From: Octopus sinensis
Taxonomy: Eukaryota
DNA length: 64,000 nt
NCBI RefSeq assembly: GCF_006345805.1
Contig: NC_042999.1
Location: forward strand, 141,112,001-141,176,000
Direction: 5' to 3'
The notes beneath the pieces are model-generated. The model saw only the letters and a list, made by a program, of their open reading frames with translations. It had not been told where the DNA came from and did no database searches. The translations under genes were made by a program, and so were the position numbers. This document shows positions 13,263 to 25,926 of the stretch, one piece after another (position 1 is the first letter of the stretch; every line of letters begins with the position of its first letter).

Positions 13263-14561
13263 TTAGAGATTTCATAATATTAACAATAATAATTATAAAT
13301 ATACAAGAATAATACCATCACAACCATTCTTTCCACTATTCCAACTTTTAATAACATATCTGTCATTGCAGCTGTGCAGTATATTGCTACCATTACAATA
13401 CAACATATAATGTTCACTATGCTGCTGCTACTACTCACATTTCTATTACAACTTGTTACTATACTACTGTAACACCTACCCTTAATCATCTATTGCAACT
13501 GGAAGGTATCAGGGTAAATGAAAAGGCCAGGCAATAACAAGAACAGCATTTAAACCAAGCAGCAACTCAGAAGTATAAAGAGTTGCCATTGAGTCTGTTA
13601 ATTTATCAATAGATCTGTAATGGTCATTGTTGTTTAGGAAAGATACAAAGTATCCACCCATGAAAATTGTTGAGTGAACAGGAGTTGGGAGGTTATGTTA
13701 GATACTTTACAATTCATATTGATCTGAATGTTCAGTCAATGAATTTTATTTTATTATTTTTGTCAATAAATATGTTTGTGTATAGATGTGTGTAAGTTTA
13801 TCAATCTACACACACACACACGTATTCACATCCCCTCACACACATACAAATATTGTAAATACCAAAATCTTTCTAGGTGAAGAATGCATTACGCAACATA
13901 GATTACTGGCTAGTAACTTCAGAGTTAGAGTTAGGCAGACATAAATATGATGGATATGAAGAAGAAAGAAAGGGAAACTAAGGGTTCCTACAATTGGAAA
14001 GAGGTTGCCAATCCTTACTTACTTTTCAAGGAAAGGAATTGTTTTACTCTAGAATTCTTCAAAAGCATAGAACAACTAGTAATAGTTTCAACAAGTAGGG
14101 ACAACATTACCACACTTTTGTTCAAGTGGTGTCAAGTGTGAAATATCAAAATTCATTCATATTTGTACAAGTACACACACACACAAACACACCATCATTA
14201 TCATTGTTGTTTCAATGTTCACTCTTCTATGCTTGCATGGGTCAGATGGAGTTTATTGAGGCAGATATTCTATGGCTTCTTGTTGCCAACACTTACCTGT
14301 TCCTAAGTAAGGTAATATTTCCTCATGGCCAGACATGTTTTTGCAGAATTTTGGAAATGAGATTCAGTCATGATGTCAAGACAAGGTGTCATAAACAATC
14401 ACATGTTCATACTCTTACATACATACACATACACACATGTGAATGTATGTGTGTGTGTATATATATATGTGTGTGTATATATGTATGTATACATATGTGT
14501 ATATGCATGTATATATATATGTATATATGCATGTATATATATGTATGTATATATATATGTG

Positions 14562-14597
<36 letters not shown>

Positions 14598-14670
14598 TGT
14601 ATACGTTGTCCCATCCATGTTAACATAGATGGCGGACCTTAAACAATGATTATGATGATGATACATTGCC

Positions 14671-15027
14671 GCAGGAGTGGCTGTGTGGTAAAAAGCTTGC
14701 TTCCCAACCACATGGCACCTTGGGCAAGTATCTTCTACTATAGCCTCGGGCTGACCAAAGCCTTGTGAGTGGATTTGGTAGACAGAAACTGAAAGAAGCC
14801 TGTCATATATTTATATATATGTATTTGTGTATCTATGTTTATCACCCCACCATTGCTTGACAACCAATGTTGGTGTGTTTACATCCCTGTAACTTAGAGG
14901 TTCAAATAAAAGCGACCGATAGAACAGATACTAGGCCTACGTAGAATAAGTCCTGGGGTCAATTTGTTCAACTAAAGGTAGTGCTTCAGCATGGCTGCAG
15001 TCAAATGACTGAAACAAGTAAAAGAGT
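14671..15027 (+). mobile_element. tRNA-derived SINE family B (CORE-like)
   Basis: gcaggagtggctgtgtggtaaaaagcttgc...accttgggcaagtatcttc...gtggatttggtagac...[AT microsatellite]...gcagtcaaatgactgaaacaag. Confidence 0.85.
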
Positions 15028-15444
15028 ATGTGTGTGTGTGTGTGTGTGTGAATATATAGATAGATAAATAGATAGATATGATGGGTTTCTTTCAGTTTCT
15101 GTCAACAAAATATACTCAAAGCTTTGGTTGGCATGAGGCTATAGTGGAAGACATTTACCCAGGGTACCACACAGTAGGACTCAACCTGAAGCCATGTGGT
15201 TGGGAATCAAACCACATACACACATCATCATTTAATGTCCTCCTTCCATACTGGTAAGGGTTGGACAGGTTGACAGGAATTAGCAAGTGAGAAGATTGTA
15301 CCAAGCTCTACTGCCTGCTTTGGCATGGTTTCTATGGCTGGATATTCTTACTTATGTCAATCACCTTACATAGTGTACTGGGTGCTTTTTATGTGATACC
15401 AGCAGCAGTGAATTTACCAGGTAGCTTGCAACATAAGAATCCTC

Positions 15445-15503
15445 AACCCTGGGTTCTCGTTCCTATGGTATGTTTGCTGATGTTATTATTATTATTATTA
15501 TTA

Positions 15504-15538
<35 letters not shown>

Positions 15539-15748
15539 TATTCAAGGCACAACCTGGAATTAAACTCAGAACCTTGGGGTTAGTAACATCAGCAAACATA
15601 CCTTAGGAATGAGAACCCAGGGTTGGGTTCAAAATTCTAGCAGGACACCTGATAAAGGCTGGAGAGTAAATCAGCTGAAATGTTGTGGTAACAACAAACA
15701 ATATGAGGACACATATCCATCCAATGTAAATAATGTAAATAATGTACA
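15445..15748. mobile_element. Penelope-like terminal-repeat module in inverted arrangement, with degenerate hammerhead-ribozyme core
   Basis: 41-bp inverted arms at 15445-15485 and 15584-15624 (2 mismatches). The plus copy continues into ACAC-CTGATAA-A-GGCTG-N10-CAGCT-GAAA-TGTT-GTG (15645-15687). Confidence 0.6.
15645..15688 (+). ncRNA. Degenerate minimal type I hammerhead ribozyme motif (probably inactive)
   Basis: Core boxes CUGAUaA (consensus CUGANGA) and GAAA flank a 5-bp stem II GGCUG/CAGCU. Stem I is CAC/GUG. It deviates from consensus at G8 and C15.2. Confidence 0.5.
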
Positions 15749-15769
15749 GAATTTCTCATCTCTAAAATA

Positions 15770-16140
15770 TGGAACAGTATGAGGTGTAGTAATATTGAAG
15801 GAAGTGGCTTTGTGCCAGATGATGAGAAGTTAGAGTATGAATAGAAGGACAGAAATAGAGGGCTTGCAGATACACAGCCCCATCAGTCGGCGAGACAGAA
15901 AGAAGAGAGAGATAAGATGGTGAAGATGCAATGGGATATACACCCAAGTTATAGTGCAGTGTATGTTGTGAAGTAGACTAGGGATTGGATAGAGCAAGTG
16001 GATGAGTAAGTTCACAAAATTGTGAAAGGAGTGTGGGAGATGAAGTGGGAAGGAGAAAATAATGAGTAGACACAGATAGTGGGAAGGGTGTTAGGATGAT
16101 GTATTGTGAGGAAGAGATTTGACATATTTTGTGCAGATAG
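15770..16140. repeat. Unclassified purine-rich dispersed repeat
   Basis: The aggaagt(g/a)gctttgtgccag block recurs at ~17015-17045 and as a reverse complement at ~46985-47015. Confidence 0.5.
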
Positions 16141-16374
16141 GTTCATAAGGTAGTGAGGCAGAGAGATAAAGAATATGCATTTGTGGCCTCAGTTATACTT
16201 AGCTGGACAAGTCTTCTCAAGCATAGTAAACTGCCAATTGTCTCAAACCCTTGTCATCTCCTCTGTGAGGCTCAACATCTGAAGATCATTTTTCACTATT
16301 TTGTTCCATGTCCCCATAGGTGTTTCTCTCCCTCAGGTTCCTTCAACATTTAGAGATATGCACTTCTTTATGCA

Positions 16375-16935
16375 GCTGTCTTCATCCATGCATATCACAT
16401 GACTTAATTAGTGCAGTCTTCTTTCTTGCACATTGCATTTGATGCCTCTTATACCCAATTTTTCTTTCAATGCATTTACATTTTGTCATACTTTGCACAT
16501 CTAGCATTAAATGCTGGTTTCATTTATTTCAAAGCCTTTGCATGTCCTCTGCAGTCACAGCCCACGCTTTGCTACTATGTAGCATAGCTGTTCATACCCA
16601 GGCATCATACAATTTTCTTTTCACTGTGAGGAAGAGGCCCTTCTTACCAACAAAGGTTACAACTCTCTGAACTTTGTCCAGTTGGTTCTTATTGTAGCTA
16701 CTATGCTTTCAGAATTGACTTTCACCTTACTGACAGCAGCTTTCTACATGGCTTGGACAGCTCCTACCTGTTACTCATCTAGCCCTAGCTTCCACAGTGA
16801 CCACCAGATGAGGGAGCAAAAAACTTTGTAAAAAGGCTTTCTCCATGACAACAAATGCCGAGAACAGTGGCTTATTTTTCACTAAATGCTTCTCCTGCAG
16901 ATGCCTTATTAGAAAGATAGCATCAATGTATATTG
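16375..16935 (-). mobile_element. RTE-clade LINE fragments with internal deletion
   Basis: ORF 16775..16975 contains DAIFLIRHLQEKHLVKNKPLFSAFVVMEKAF, homologous to DAIFLVRQLQEKYLANDKSLYLAFVDLEKAF. The 16380-16660 part matches the RTE C-terminal region. Confidence 0.8.
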
Positions 16936-19507
16936 CGTGATTTTTATGTGGCACCAGCACCAGCAGAGTCACCAAGCAACTTGCAAGACAAAGACCTTTT
17001 GGCTAGGAGAGGGAGTGGTATTAAAGGAAGTAGCTTTGTGCCAGTCAGGAAGTTAAAGTTTAATAGAGGAATAGAAATAGGTGTCTTACTATACAGATAT
17101 TTGGCTATGCCATTACTCATTAATATATAGAGATATACATAAAGTATATTTACATATGTAGGCGCATGTGTGTGTGTGTGTATGTGCGCAAGAGAAATTT
17201 AATGTAGTTAGACTACATTAAGTAATGCCTATTCTGTAGAAAATATACAAATGTGAATAGGATGTTTTCACACTGTCTGAAATCACTACAGCTGAAGGCT
17301 TTAAAATAAATAACTGTAGAAGATGTAGCTATATTATTCATGTTTCAGGTACATATATTATAAACACAAACATGAAAGAAAACTATCTAGAGAAAAAAGA
17401 TACCAGTAAAGATAGTTGGAGTTAAATATCTAGACAACAAATGTTAAGAGCTTTTCTCAGTGTCTCTGTTATTTATTGATGAGTAACAATAGAAGTATCT
17501 GATTTAAAATAACACACTGTGAACACCATTACCAACACCACTCTCTCCCAGCCTCTTTCATATTATTCATCTTGAAATTCATTAGAATTTTCTCAAAATA
17601 TAATCAAACACATGCATACTCATGTACTCATAAAAAATTATTAATAATAATAATAATGATTTCTTTAATTGGCCATAAGGGTCAAAGACATTGAAGACAA
17701 ATACTAAGCAAAATACAAAAGAAACCAACAAATGATAATAATAATAATAAGAATAATAATAATAATTACTCATTCATACCATATTGTGATTTAAAAAATT
17801 TGAAATTTAAATAAATACTTTTTCTTTTAATTAAAAAAGAAAAGAATATGAAAGAATAATCAAAGAGCTCTATTAATGATAGTGTATTTCAGCTTGTATT
17901 GAACTTCTTTCTATACTGTTCTCGTCTCAATACATTCCCTACCCCACTTCCAGTTCTCTCTTTCTCTCTCCCTCCCTTCTTCCCTCTCTTTCTCTCTCTC
18001 TCCCTCTCTCTCTCTCCCTCTCCCTCACTCCCTCTCTTTCTCTCTCTCTTTCACACACACAAACAGTTATTAGAGTACATTAGTAATAAAAAAAATAAAA
18101 CTAACTAGATATGTTTCTTGCTTTGTAATATTTAACATTCAGCTTCTTATTTTTATTATTTTCTGTCGATCAGGAATACATCCATGTTGTTGGCAGTAGT
18201 ACTGCCTTATTTTACCAAATGATTCCCTTTTCCCAAAAACCAAAATAAATATGAACTAGGGTTTGATATCTCTCTCTCTCTCGCTCTCTCTCTCTCTCTC
18301 ACCAAATTCTCTCTCTGACCAAATTAATGTTGATTTGTCTGCATTTGCCATACTTTTTTCTTTCCGCTCCTCTTTTTTTTTTGTTTGTTTAAATATTTTT
18401 TTCTTTGAGTTATTTATGCAAGTGTATTTTAGTCTTGTAATTTCCAAATGGATCAATCCTTTTGTCTTTACAAAAACAGCCAATGGTAGAAAAATAGCTG
18501 TTGTACATTTTATTTGTAACTCTTGTGGAATATTTGCTGCTGTTTTTGATTTCTTGTTCCTTTGCTGTATGTATTTTTGTTTTTGTTGTTGCTGTTGTTT
18601 TGTATAAATAAGGAAAGAGGGAGATAGAAACTGGCTGATAGTAACACTAATGCAGCCATCAACTAATCATGCTTCATACTAAATCAATATAAGATTTCTA
18701 TTCATTTTGGCATCAAAGCTAGTCATGGATTTGGAGGTAGTGGGGCAAGACCAGTGATAGCTTCATAAAGTTGGTATATTTTAAGTAATCTTTAAGTTGG
18801 CATTATGCAATTTTATGTTATATAATTCCTTATATACTTGCTTATAAATCCTGTTAGATTAGAAGTGAAATTATTTATTAATGGTGTATATTACTGTCAG
18901 ATAATTATTTTATTTCGTGTTTTGAAATGTTGGTTTTTATTATAAATTTCCCTGTGTGCATGCATGGATATGCATGTGCCTTTATCTTTTATCTTACATG
19001 TATTAAGGGTGAAATGTTATATGGATTGACTGAAACACTTCACATCTCTGACTTGCAATTGATTCCTTATATTCTGGTTGAAAAAAGAAAAGGTTTTTTA
19101 CTGTATAAAAACCTAACTTTACTTAAAGCCTGGAAGGAATTAAATTATTTCCAGGAACATGGCACATGTGAATCCGATGGCCTAGTTGAAGTAATGATAT
19201 TAATAATAATCCTTTCTACTATAGGCACAAGGCCTCAAATTTTGGTGGGAAAGTGCTAGTTGATTACATTGGCCCCAGCACTCAACTGGTACTTATTTTA
19301 TCAACTTTGTTTCATGTTTTATTGACTCTATTTTCATGTTTTATCTTAGAAAATGAAAAATTTTAAACATTTAATTTCTTTCGTATCACAGAATAATAAC
19401 AGAAAAGATAAAATAACAGTAATATCCTATAACCCACTGCAGCTTATTTATGGTTTATCATGATGAATGTTCTAAGATTTCTTTTCATTCATTTAATGTT
19501 TTTGAAA

Positions 19508-20053
19508 ACATCATTTGTAAATATAGGTATTTATATCAAACAGTTTCCAACTGGCAGTAGGCCAGGTCATGACTTGTATAGAGACATCACTGGAAAAATT
19601 ATATATAAAAATGTGTTTAAACAGTTCATTAAACACTATTTAAATAGTATATTCTGTGATATTTTATTCCTCATCACTATTATGTTGCATATATAATTGT
19701 ATGAGGTTGCTATGGTGTTATAGTGTTTTTGGAGAAGGATACATGGGAGTAATATCCTGCTGAGTTCTTCAAATATTTTGTTGATAACTCAGATACGATT
19801 ATAAAGAAAGAAGTCAGTAAGGTAGGCAAGTAAATATGGAAAATGAAAGTGAGCTGACAAAGACAAGTATAAATGAATGAATGTGAGAGAAACGATTAAA
19901 AGTGGGATAGGAGGAAAGAAAATGTGTGTGTGTGTACACATGCATATATAAAGCACCATTGAAAGAGTAACAAAAAACAATATCAGTGATATTTCAAATA
20001 TTCATTTCTCTTACAGCCGTTTCAGTAACTCTTATGTAATATTACAACATATT
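19508..20053. repeat. Local inverted segmental duplication, copy 1 (partner 34148-34759)
   Basis: The reverse complement aligns collinearly to 34148-34759, including a shared (CA)n tract and a 42-nt identical core. Confidence 0.9.
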
Positions 20054-20316
20054 TTAAAAAATCCAGAAATCAGTGACAGCAGCGAGCTGACCAGCTACAA
20101 CAGTTAATGCTTTTCTTTTCACTTAGGCAGAAGGGCAATGTCCATAACAGTTTATAGGATCTCTGAAGCTGAGGGAATGAGAGAGGAAGGAAGATAGCTT
20201 TAAACCAAGGACCTGGCCTGAATCTTGTAACAGAATTGAATCCACTAAAGTTACTCAAGGACAACATGATGGTGTTGAACTAAGCAACAAATTAAGTTTA
20301 TCATCTAAACAGACCA

Positions 20317-20518
20317 CAGCAGGACTACCAGGCACAGTACTTCAGTATGATTTTACATCATCAGAGGCAGACATCAGCTTGATCATTTGGAGTGAAACAA
20401 AAGCCGTTGTTTCTGTGTAAAAATCAGCAAATAATACATTTTCTGGTGTATTTAGAGGTTTACTAAACTGCAATTAATTCAGTATAAGCATACAAAGCAG
20501 CAATGATCAAAATAAAGA
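20317..20518. repeat. Local direct duplication, copy A (partner 24916-25118)
   Basis: About 200 bp. There are 18 substitutions over the first 102 nt and a single 1-nt indel downstream. Confidence 0.9.
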
Positions 20519-22049
20519 GCTAGAACAAATACCACAAGGCATCTAGTCCATTGCTTTAACAATTCCACAAGTTCATTGCTGTAGACTGGTATTTTATTTT
20601 TTGACACTGGTAGGAAGAGAGAGGCAAAGTTGACCATCAGTGGAATTTGTACTCAAAATGCAAGAAACAAATGATAGCAAAATCATTACCTTTTCTGGAC
20701 CTAAATTCTTAGCTATTATTCACGAGTTAGATGTTTTCAAGATAAATTGAATTCCATCATCACTTGGATTATTGGGACACCATTGAAAGCTTTGGGTTTA
20801 TATAAGGTTTGGATAGAACTTTCTTGTTACCTTTTGTAGACCATTAGGAAGATTTGAACTGTACATTATTATGAAATTTGTCATTTATTTTTTCACTAAC
20901 TTCAGTCATGAGATAGTGACTGCCCTGGGATATAACCTTCTTAGGTATAATCTATTACATTAACCACCAAAAATATTTTATTGAACTGAAAAGGATAAAA
21001 GGAAGTAAATCTGAGTGGGATTTCAACCTGGAACACCTTGTAGTGCAATCAAATACCATAAGATAATCTATCCAATGCTCTGCTGTTTCTACAAATCCAA
21101 CTGCCATATATTTGTTATCTGTACAGAGCCCTTATCACATTGTTTACAGCAATAAATTACACCACCCCATGGTATCTATTTACAGTGTTGTTGTGTCATG
21201 TACTGGGTTATTGAAAGCTAAATTTCTTAGCTATGAACATACAAAGCAACAGTTGTAAAAGTAAATAAATATCAATCATTTGACTGGTAATCCATCACGC
21301 TATTGGTTAAAGCAGCTGTATGAGAGTTATATCCTTGTGTAAAAGAATAATAGGGAATATTTTATATATATATATATATTACTGATAAAAGAGAATTATA
21401 TGTGTACATACACATGCATACTGACATACACTCTTACATTAACATGCATTTGTTTGTGTGCATATATGTTTACACACACACACATATACACACAAACAAG
21501 CACACATATATAAATATAAACTTATACATACTTACACACCTATATACATATATATGTGTTCATACACACACATATACATATGTACAATGCATGCATACAC
21601 ATACACACATTCATGATATTTGGCATCTGTTTGTTCATGGTTTATTACCTTGTCAATACACATTTCAAATCAATCGATAACTGCTCTTCTCTGCTTATAC
21701 TATTTCCTATTCAAAACTCTTATGTTTTATTACACAGTATTGCCCAGCCTATTATAAGAAACAATGTAAACGTTTGATTTCATGAAAATTGCAATTCAAA
21801 CTTTTATTTATTTATTATATTTGTCTTTATTACTTGTTAGTATGAGGATCAAGAACAATAGCCATAAAGCTTTTAGGTCCTGTTAAAGTAAGGGAAATAG
21901 GGTTAACATGATAAGGTTAATGTGGCTTTAGTTGTTAACAAGAATTTTGCTTTACAGCGATGGAGTTCTCAAATGTGATCTTATTGTATGGTACCTTGAG
22001 CAAGTTTCTTTTGCAATAGTCTCATGCTGAGCAATATCATGTCACAGGA

Positions 22050-22448
22050 ATTTGGTAGCTAGATACTATGTGGAAGCCTGGTGCTGTGTGTGTATGTGTG
22101 TGTTTGCAATTTTTTTATCTTTTGCCAATATACACCAGTGAAAGATAAACTCATACACATATATGTGAATAAGTAACAAGTTTATATATGTGTATATACA
22201 CACACACACTTACCCACATACATATATACATCCTCATTATCATCTTCATCATTTTACATACATTTTCCATACCACCAGGGTTGGACAATTCAACAAGACC
22301 CAACATGTCAGAGGCCCCTGGTTTCTATGGTTGGATGCCCTTCCTAATGCCAGTCATTTTCCAGAGTGCACAGAATATTTGGTAGCTAGATACTATGTGG
22401 AAGCCTGGTGCTGTGTGTGTATGTGTGTGTGTGTTTGCAATTTTTTTA
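22050..22448 (+). repeat. ~70-bp direct repeat pair (22050-22117, 22377-22448)
   Basis: atttggtagctagatactatgtggaagcctggtgctgtgtgtgtatg(tg)n tttgcaattttttta, identical except for (TG)n length. Confidence 0.95.
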
Positions 22449-24915
22449 GGCACCAGTACTCTAATGGTTATCTCGCCTTCAACTATACTAAGAAACCTTC
22501 ATAAGTCCTGTGTTTTCACAGCTTGATTTCATTTACCACCCACTTAAAGACTGCAGGGTGTGACTTTGTTTTTTATGGCACCACCACTAGTAGAGTTTCC
22601 TCGTAGCTCACAATATGAAGGAGAACTTGTGTGATTGAAAAAATAGCAGTATGATGGAAGTTCTTGTAAGGATGGTACTGGAGAAAGTAACTAATGGAAC
22701 ATTTGGATGGTGGGGATAATGGCAAAAAGAGGGGAGAGAGGAAGCCTAAATGTAATGTCAATAATGTGTGTGTGTATACACATATACAGAGAGAGAGAGA
22801 GAGAGAGAGAGAGTAAAAATTATAATAAACATGAGATGATTGGCAATTTGCTGTGCTTTACATGACCATCCATCTAAATAAAACTGTGACTCTAGAGGCA
22901 TGTTGTTTATTGTCTTTGCTCTTGCTCACAGTATATCCCAGACAAATCTTTCCCCCATAGATCATCTTCCTAACATTCCCTTCCTCCACCTGTGTTCACT
23001 CACTGCATTTCCCTCACCTCCATCTTTAATATCCTCCTTCCATGCTAGTATGGAAGGAGGATATTAGATGGTGATGGTAATAATGATGATGGTATGAGTT
23101 TAAAATTATTACATAACTTCAGGCATGTCTCAATAGAGTAGCCCTATGAACAAATGCTTTCAAGTTATGACTGTTTCATATTTTATTCAAGCGTGATGTA
23201 TTTAAATTGTCTTCTTTTTTTTTAAAACAAAAAGGAAAACAAAGAAGAATGTATTAGGATATAATTTAAAAGAGATTTGGCTGTTATTTTTGGCAGACGG
23301 AACAATCAAATAAGAGGCTCCTTCATGAATGTATATTTTATCAGCTTACATGAGGAGAAAGGACCAGTATGCCTTGCTGTGTCACATACTTCTGGAATAA
23401 AGATTTTATTTAGCAAAAAGTAGCTAAAATTTAAATGGAACTACTGTAGATTAATTGCTAAAAGGCCATTACAGGTACAAGTAAGAGAGTTTCAGTGTAT
23501 GGGAGTGGTGAGAAAAAAAGATTGAGAAAAATATTTAGTGCTGTGTCTAGAGTCAAGGGAATATAGTGAGGTGAATGCATCAAATAGTCTGGAATGTTAA
23601 TATTGCACTTTGAGCCAATAGAAATCATATGATGCTTTTGTGGTAAAAGTAATGGCTTAGCAAAAATGGATGAGTCCAAACTAGTTAGTCTCACCCCTGT
23701 ATAATCCTGAATTCAAATTTCACCACTGTTGTCTTTACCGTTCATCCTTCCAATATTAATACAATTAATATTACTAATATACTTGTATATTTCTCTATGG
23801 TATGCGCTGATTGGATTGACTGGGTTCAGTTAACTTTGCTATTTTCCTGTTAATATAAATATGTTGATCTGTAGCATCACCAAAAACTGGCATTTGGATT
23901 TACAATATCCAATATCTAAACCTTGTAGGGCAGAAACAGTCTTTTGTGTGTGTGTGTGTATGTGTGTGTGTGTCTGAATATGAAGTTAACATTGGAAGTC
24001 AAAATTGTTGATTATGTTAGAAAAGCTGATGGTCCTGTGTCTTGTCAAAAGAAATCTATATTTCTGCAATATTCTAATTGTTAAAATAACTATATTAAAA
24101 ATAACATTATGATGAATAACAATTGGTTGTTACCTTTCTTCACTATATTTTATTGATGAGCTTTAGTTATTTAAAAATTTTTTCCTATTACCAACATCTG
24201 AATGCAGTTTCATCAAGTGTTCTACACAGCTGAACTTGTCTATACTATTTCCTGTGATACATTCTTATTCGTCATCAGTTATTTGCAAAGAAGTTTGCTG
24301 TTTAAAATGAGCAACTCTTAGTTGACAGCCATCTTGATAAAAAGTGTTACACAACATTATATTACATGCAATTCTTAATACTCATTAAAGAGGTTTGTTG
24401 ACACTTTTTATTCACATTATCTTCTTTACATTCTGACTGAGGAATCTTCTCTTTCACATCTGGAATGTACTAAATGTAGTTCAAAATAAGTCTGGAAGGG
24501 GTTAATGAAGCTGATGGCCTTGAATATGACACAGTGAATCCTAAAATCCAGTATAAATTATCAAAGTTGCAGACATATGCACCATAACTTGCAGATTATT
24601 CTCTTATTATATCTTTATCACTGGTTTGTTTTTTTTTCATATGTATAGATAGATTAATATAGATATAGATATATGTCAACACATGCAAATATGGATAAAT
24701 GGATGCAAAATGATAATTTAGTATATTTTTTTTACTGGCTCCAGTCATTGAACTGTGACATTGCTGGAAGCAATCTTTAAAGTTTTAGTCAATCATATTG
24801 GCCCTACAACTTATTTCAGTCTAGTACTTATTTTATCAATCTCCATCAACCTGCTCTGAAATTTTGCCTCACAGAAAAATTTTCCTCTGTAGAACTTGTG
24901 TAAAAACAGTGGCAT

Positions 24916-25118
24916 CAGCAGGACTACCAGACACTGTGCTTCAATGTGATCTCACATCTTCAGAGGCAAACATCAGCATGGTCACTTGGAGTGAAGCAAA
25001 AACTTCTGTTTCTGTGTAGAAATCAGCAAATAATGCATTTTCTTATGTGTTTTGGAGGTTTACTGAACTGCAATTAATTCAGTATAAGCACATTAAACCA
25101 CGAGGATCAAAATAAAGA
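24916..25118. repeat. Local direct duplication, copy B (partner 20317-20518)
   Basis: See copy A. Confidence 0.9.
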
Positions 25119-25806
25119 TGTGTCCATTTATTTTTAACACATTCCTGCACTCTAAAGATAACAATAATCTTTACCGTTTTGTGTGCTTATACCATATATA
25201 TATATTGATATAATTACATATATTTATCTATCTATCTATGTATATATATATGTATACATATCATGGCCTTCTACACTGTTTAAGTCTTTCAAATTTCAAA
25301 TTCTAGTTACTGTATGCAGCTAGAGTAGAAAGGACTTATGTAAAGTATGTACAGTAGGATCAAACCTAAAAGCACATAATTGTTGTAAAGTAAATTTTAT
25401 GTGTACATATACAGCCATGCCTGCACCTACATGTACACACAAAGCACATACACATGCACACTCGTATATGCATGCACATGCACACACATGCCCGTATGAG
25501 AGAAAATGTGGTGATGAGATGCTAGAATATACCCTCAAGGTGAGGGTTGTATGAATTGTATAATCTACCCTTGTGTGGGGATCATCAGGTCTGGAGTTAT
25601 CAATGAACAAAAGTTTGAAGTTCATTCATAAGGTATGCTTTTGGTTACAACAATAAGGAAGTCATTTTTCGTATAAATGGATATTGTGAGCTGGTGAAGT
25701 GTGTCTAGTTTCTCATGGAGGTAGAGTTGGCAAGTATGGCACCATGTGTGTAAGGTAAGGCTCCATGTGATGTTCGGAAAGTCTTTCCAATCACCCTGGT
25801 GCCTCT

Positions 25807-25926
25807 AGATGACACAAGACTAAAGGGACATGAAGTCCTACCTGTCCTACACCTGAAGGATTTGTCCAGATGACACAAGACTAAAGGGACATGATGTTTT
25901 ACCTGTCCTACACCTGAAGGATTTGT
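25807..25926 (+). repeat. 61-bp tandem duplication
   Basis: agatgacacaagactaaagggacatga...acctgtcctacacctgaaggatttgt starts at both 25807 and 25868. Confidence 0.95.

Noticed and set aside
24480-24587. Candidate terminal exon FKISLEGVNEADGLEYDTVNPKIQYKLSKLQTYAP*
   Set aside because: Atypical acceptor and no homology. Its weak resemblance to 20215-20315 could not be aligned convincingly.
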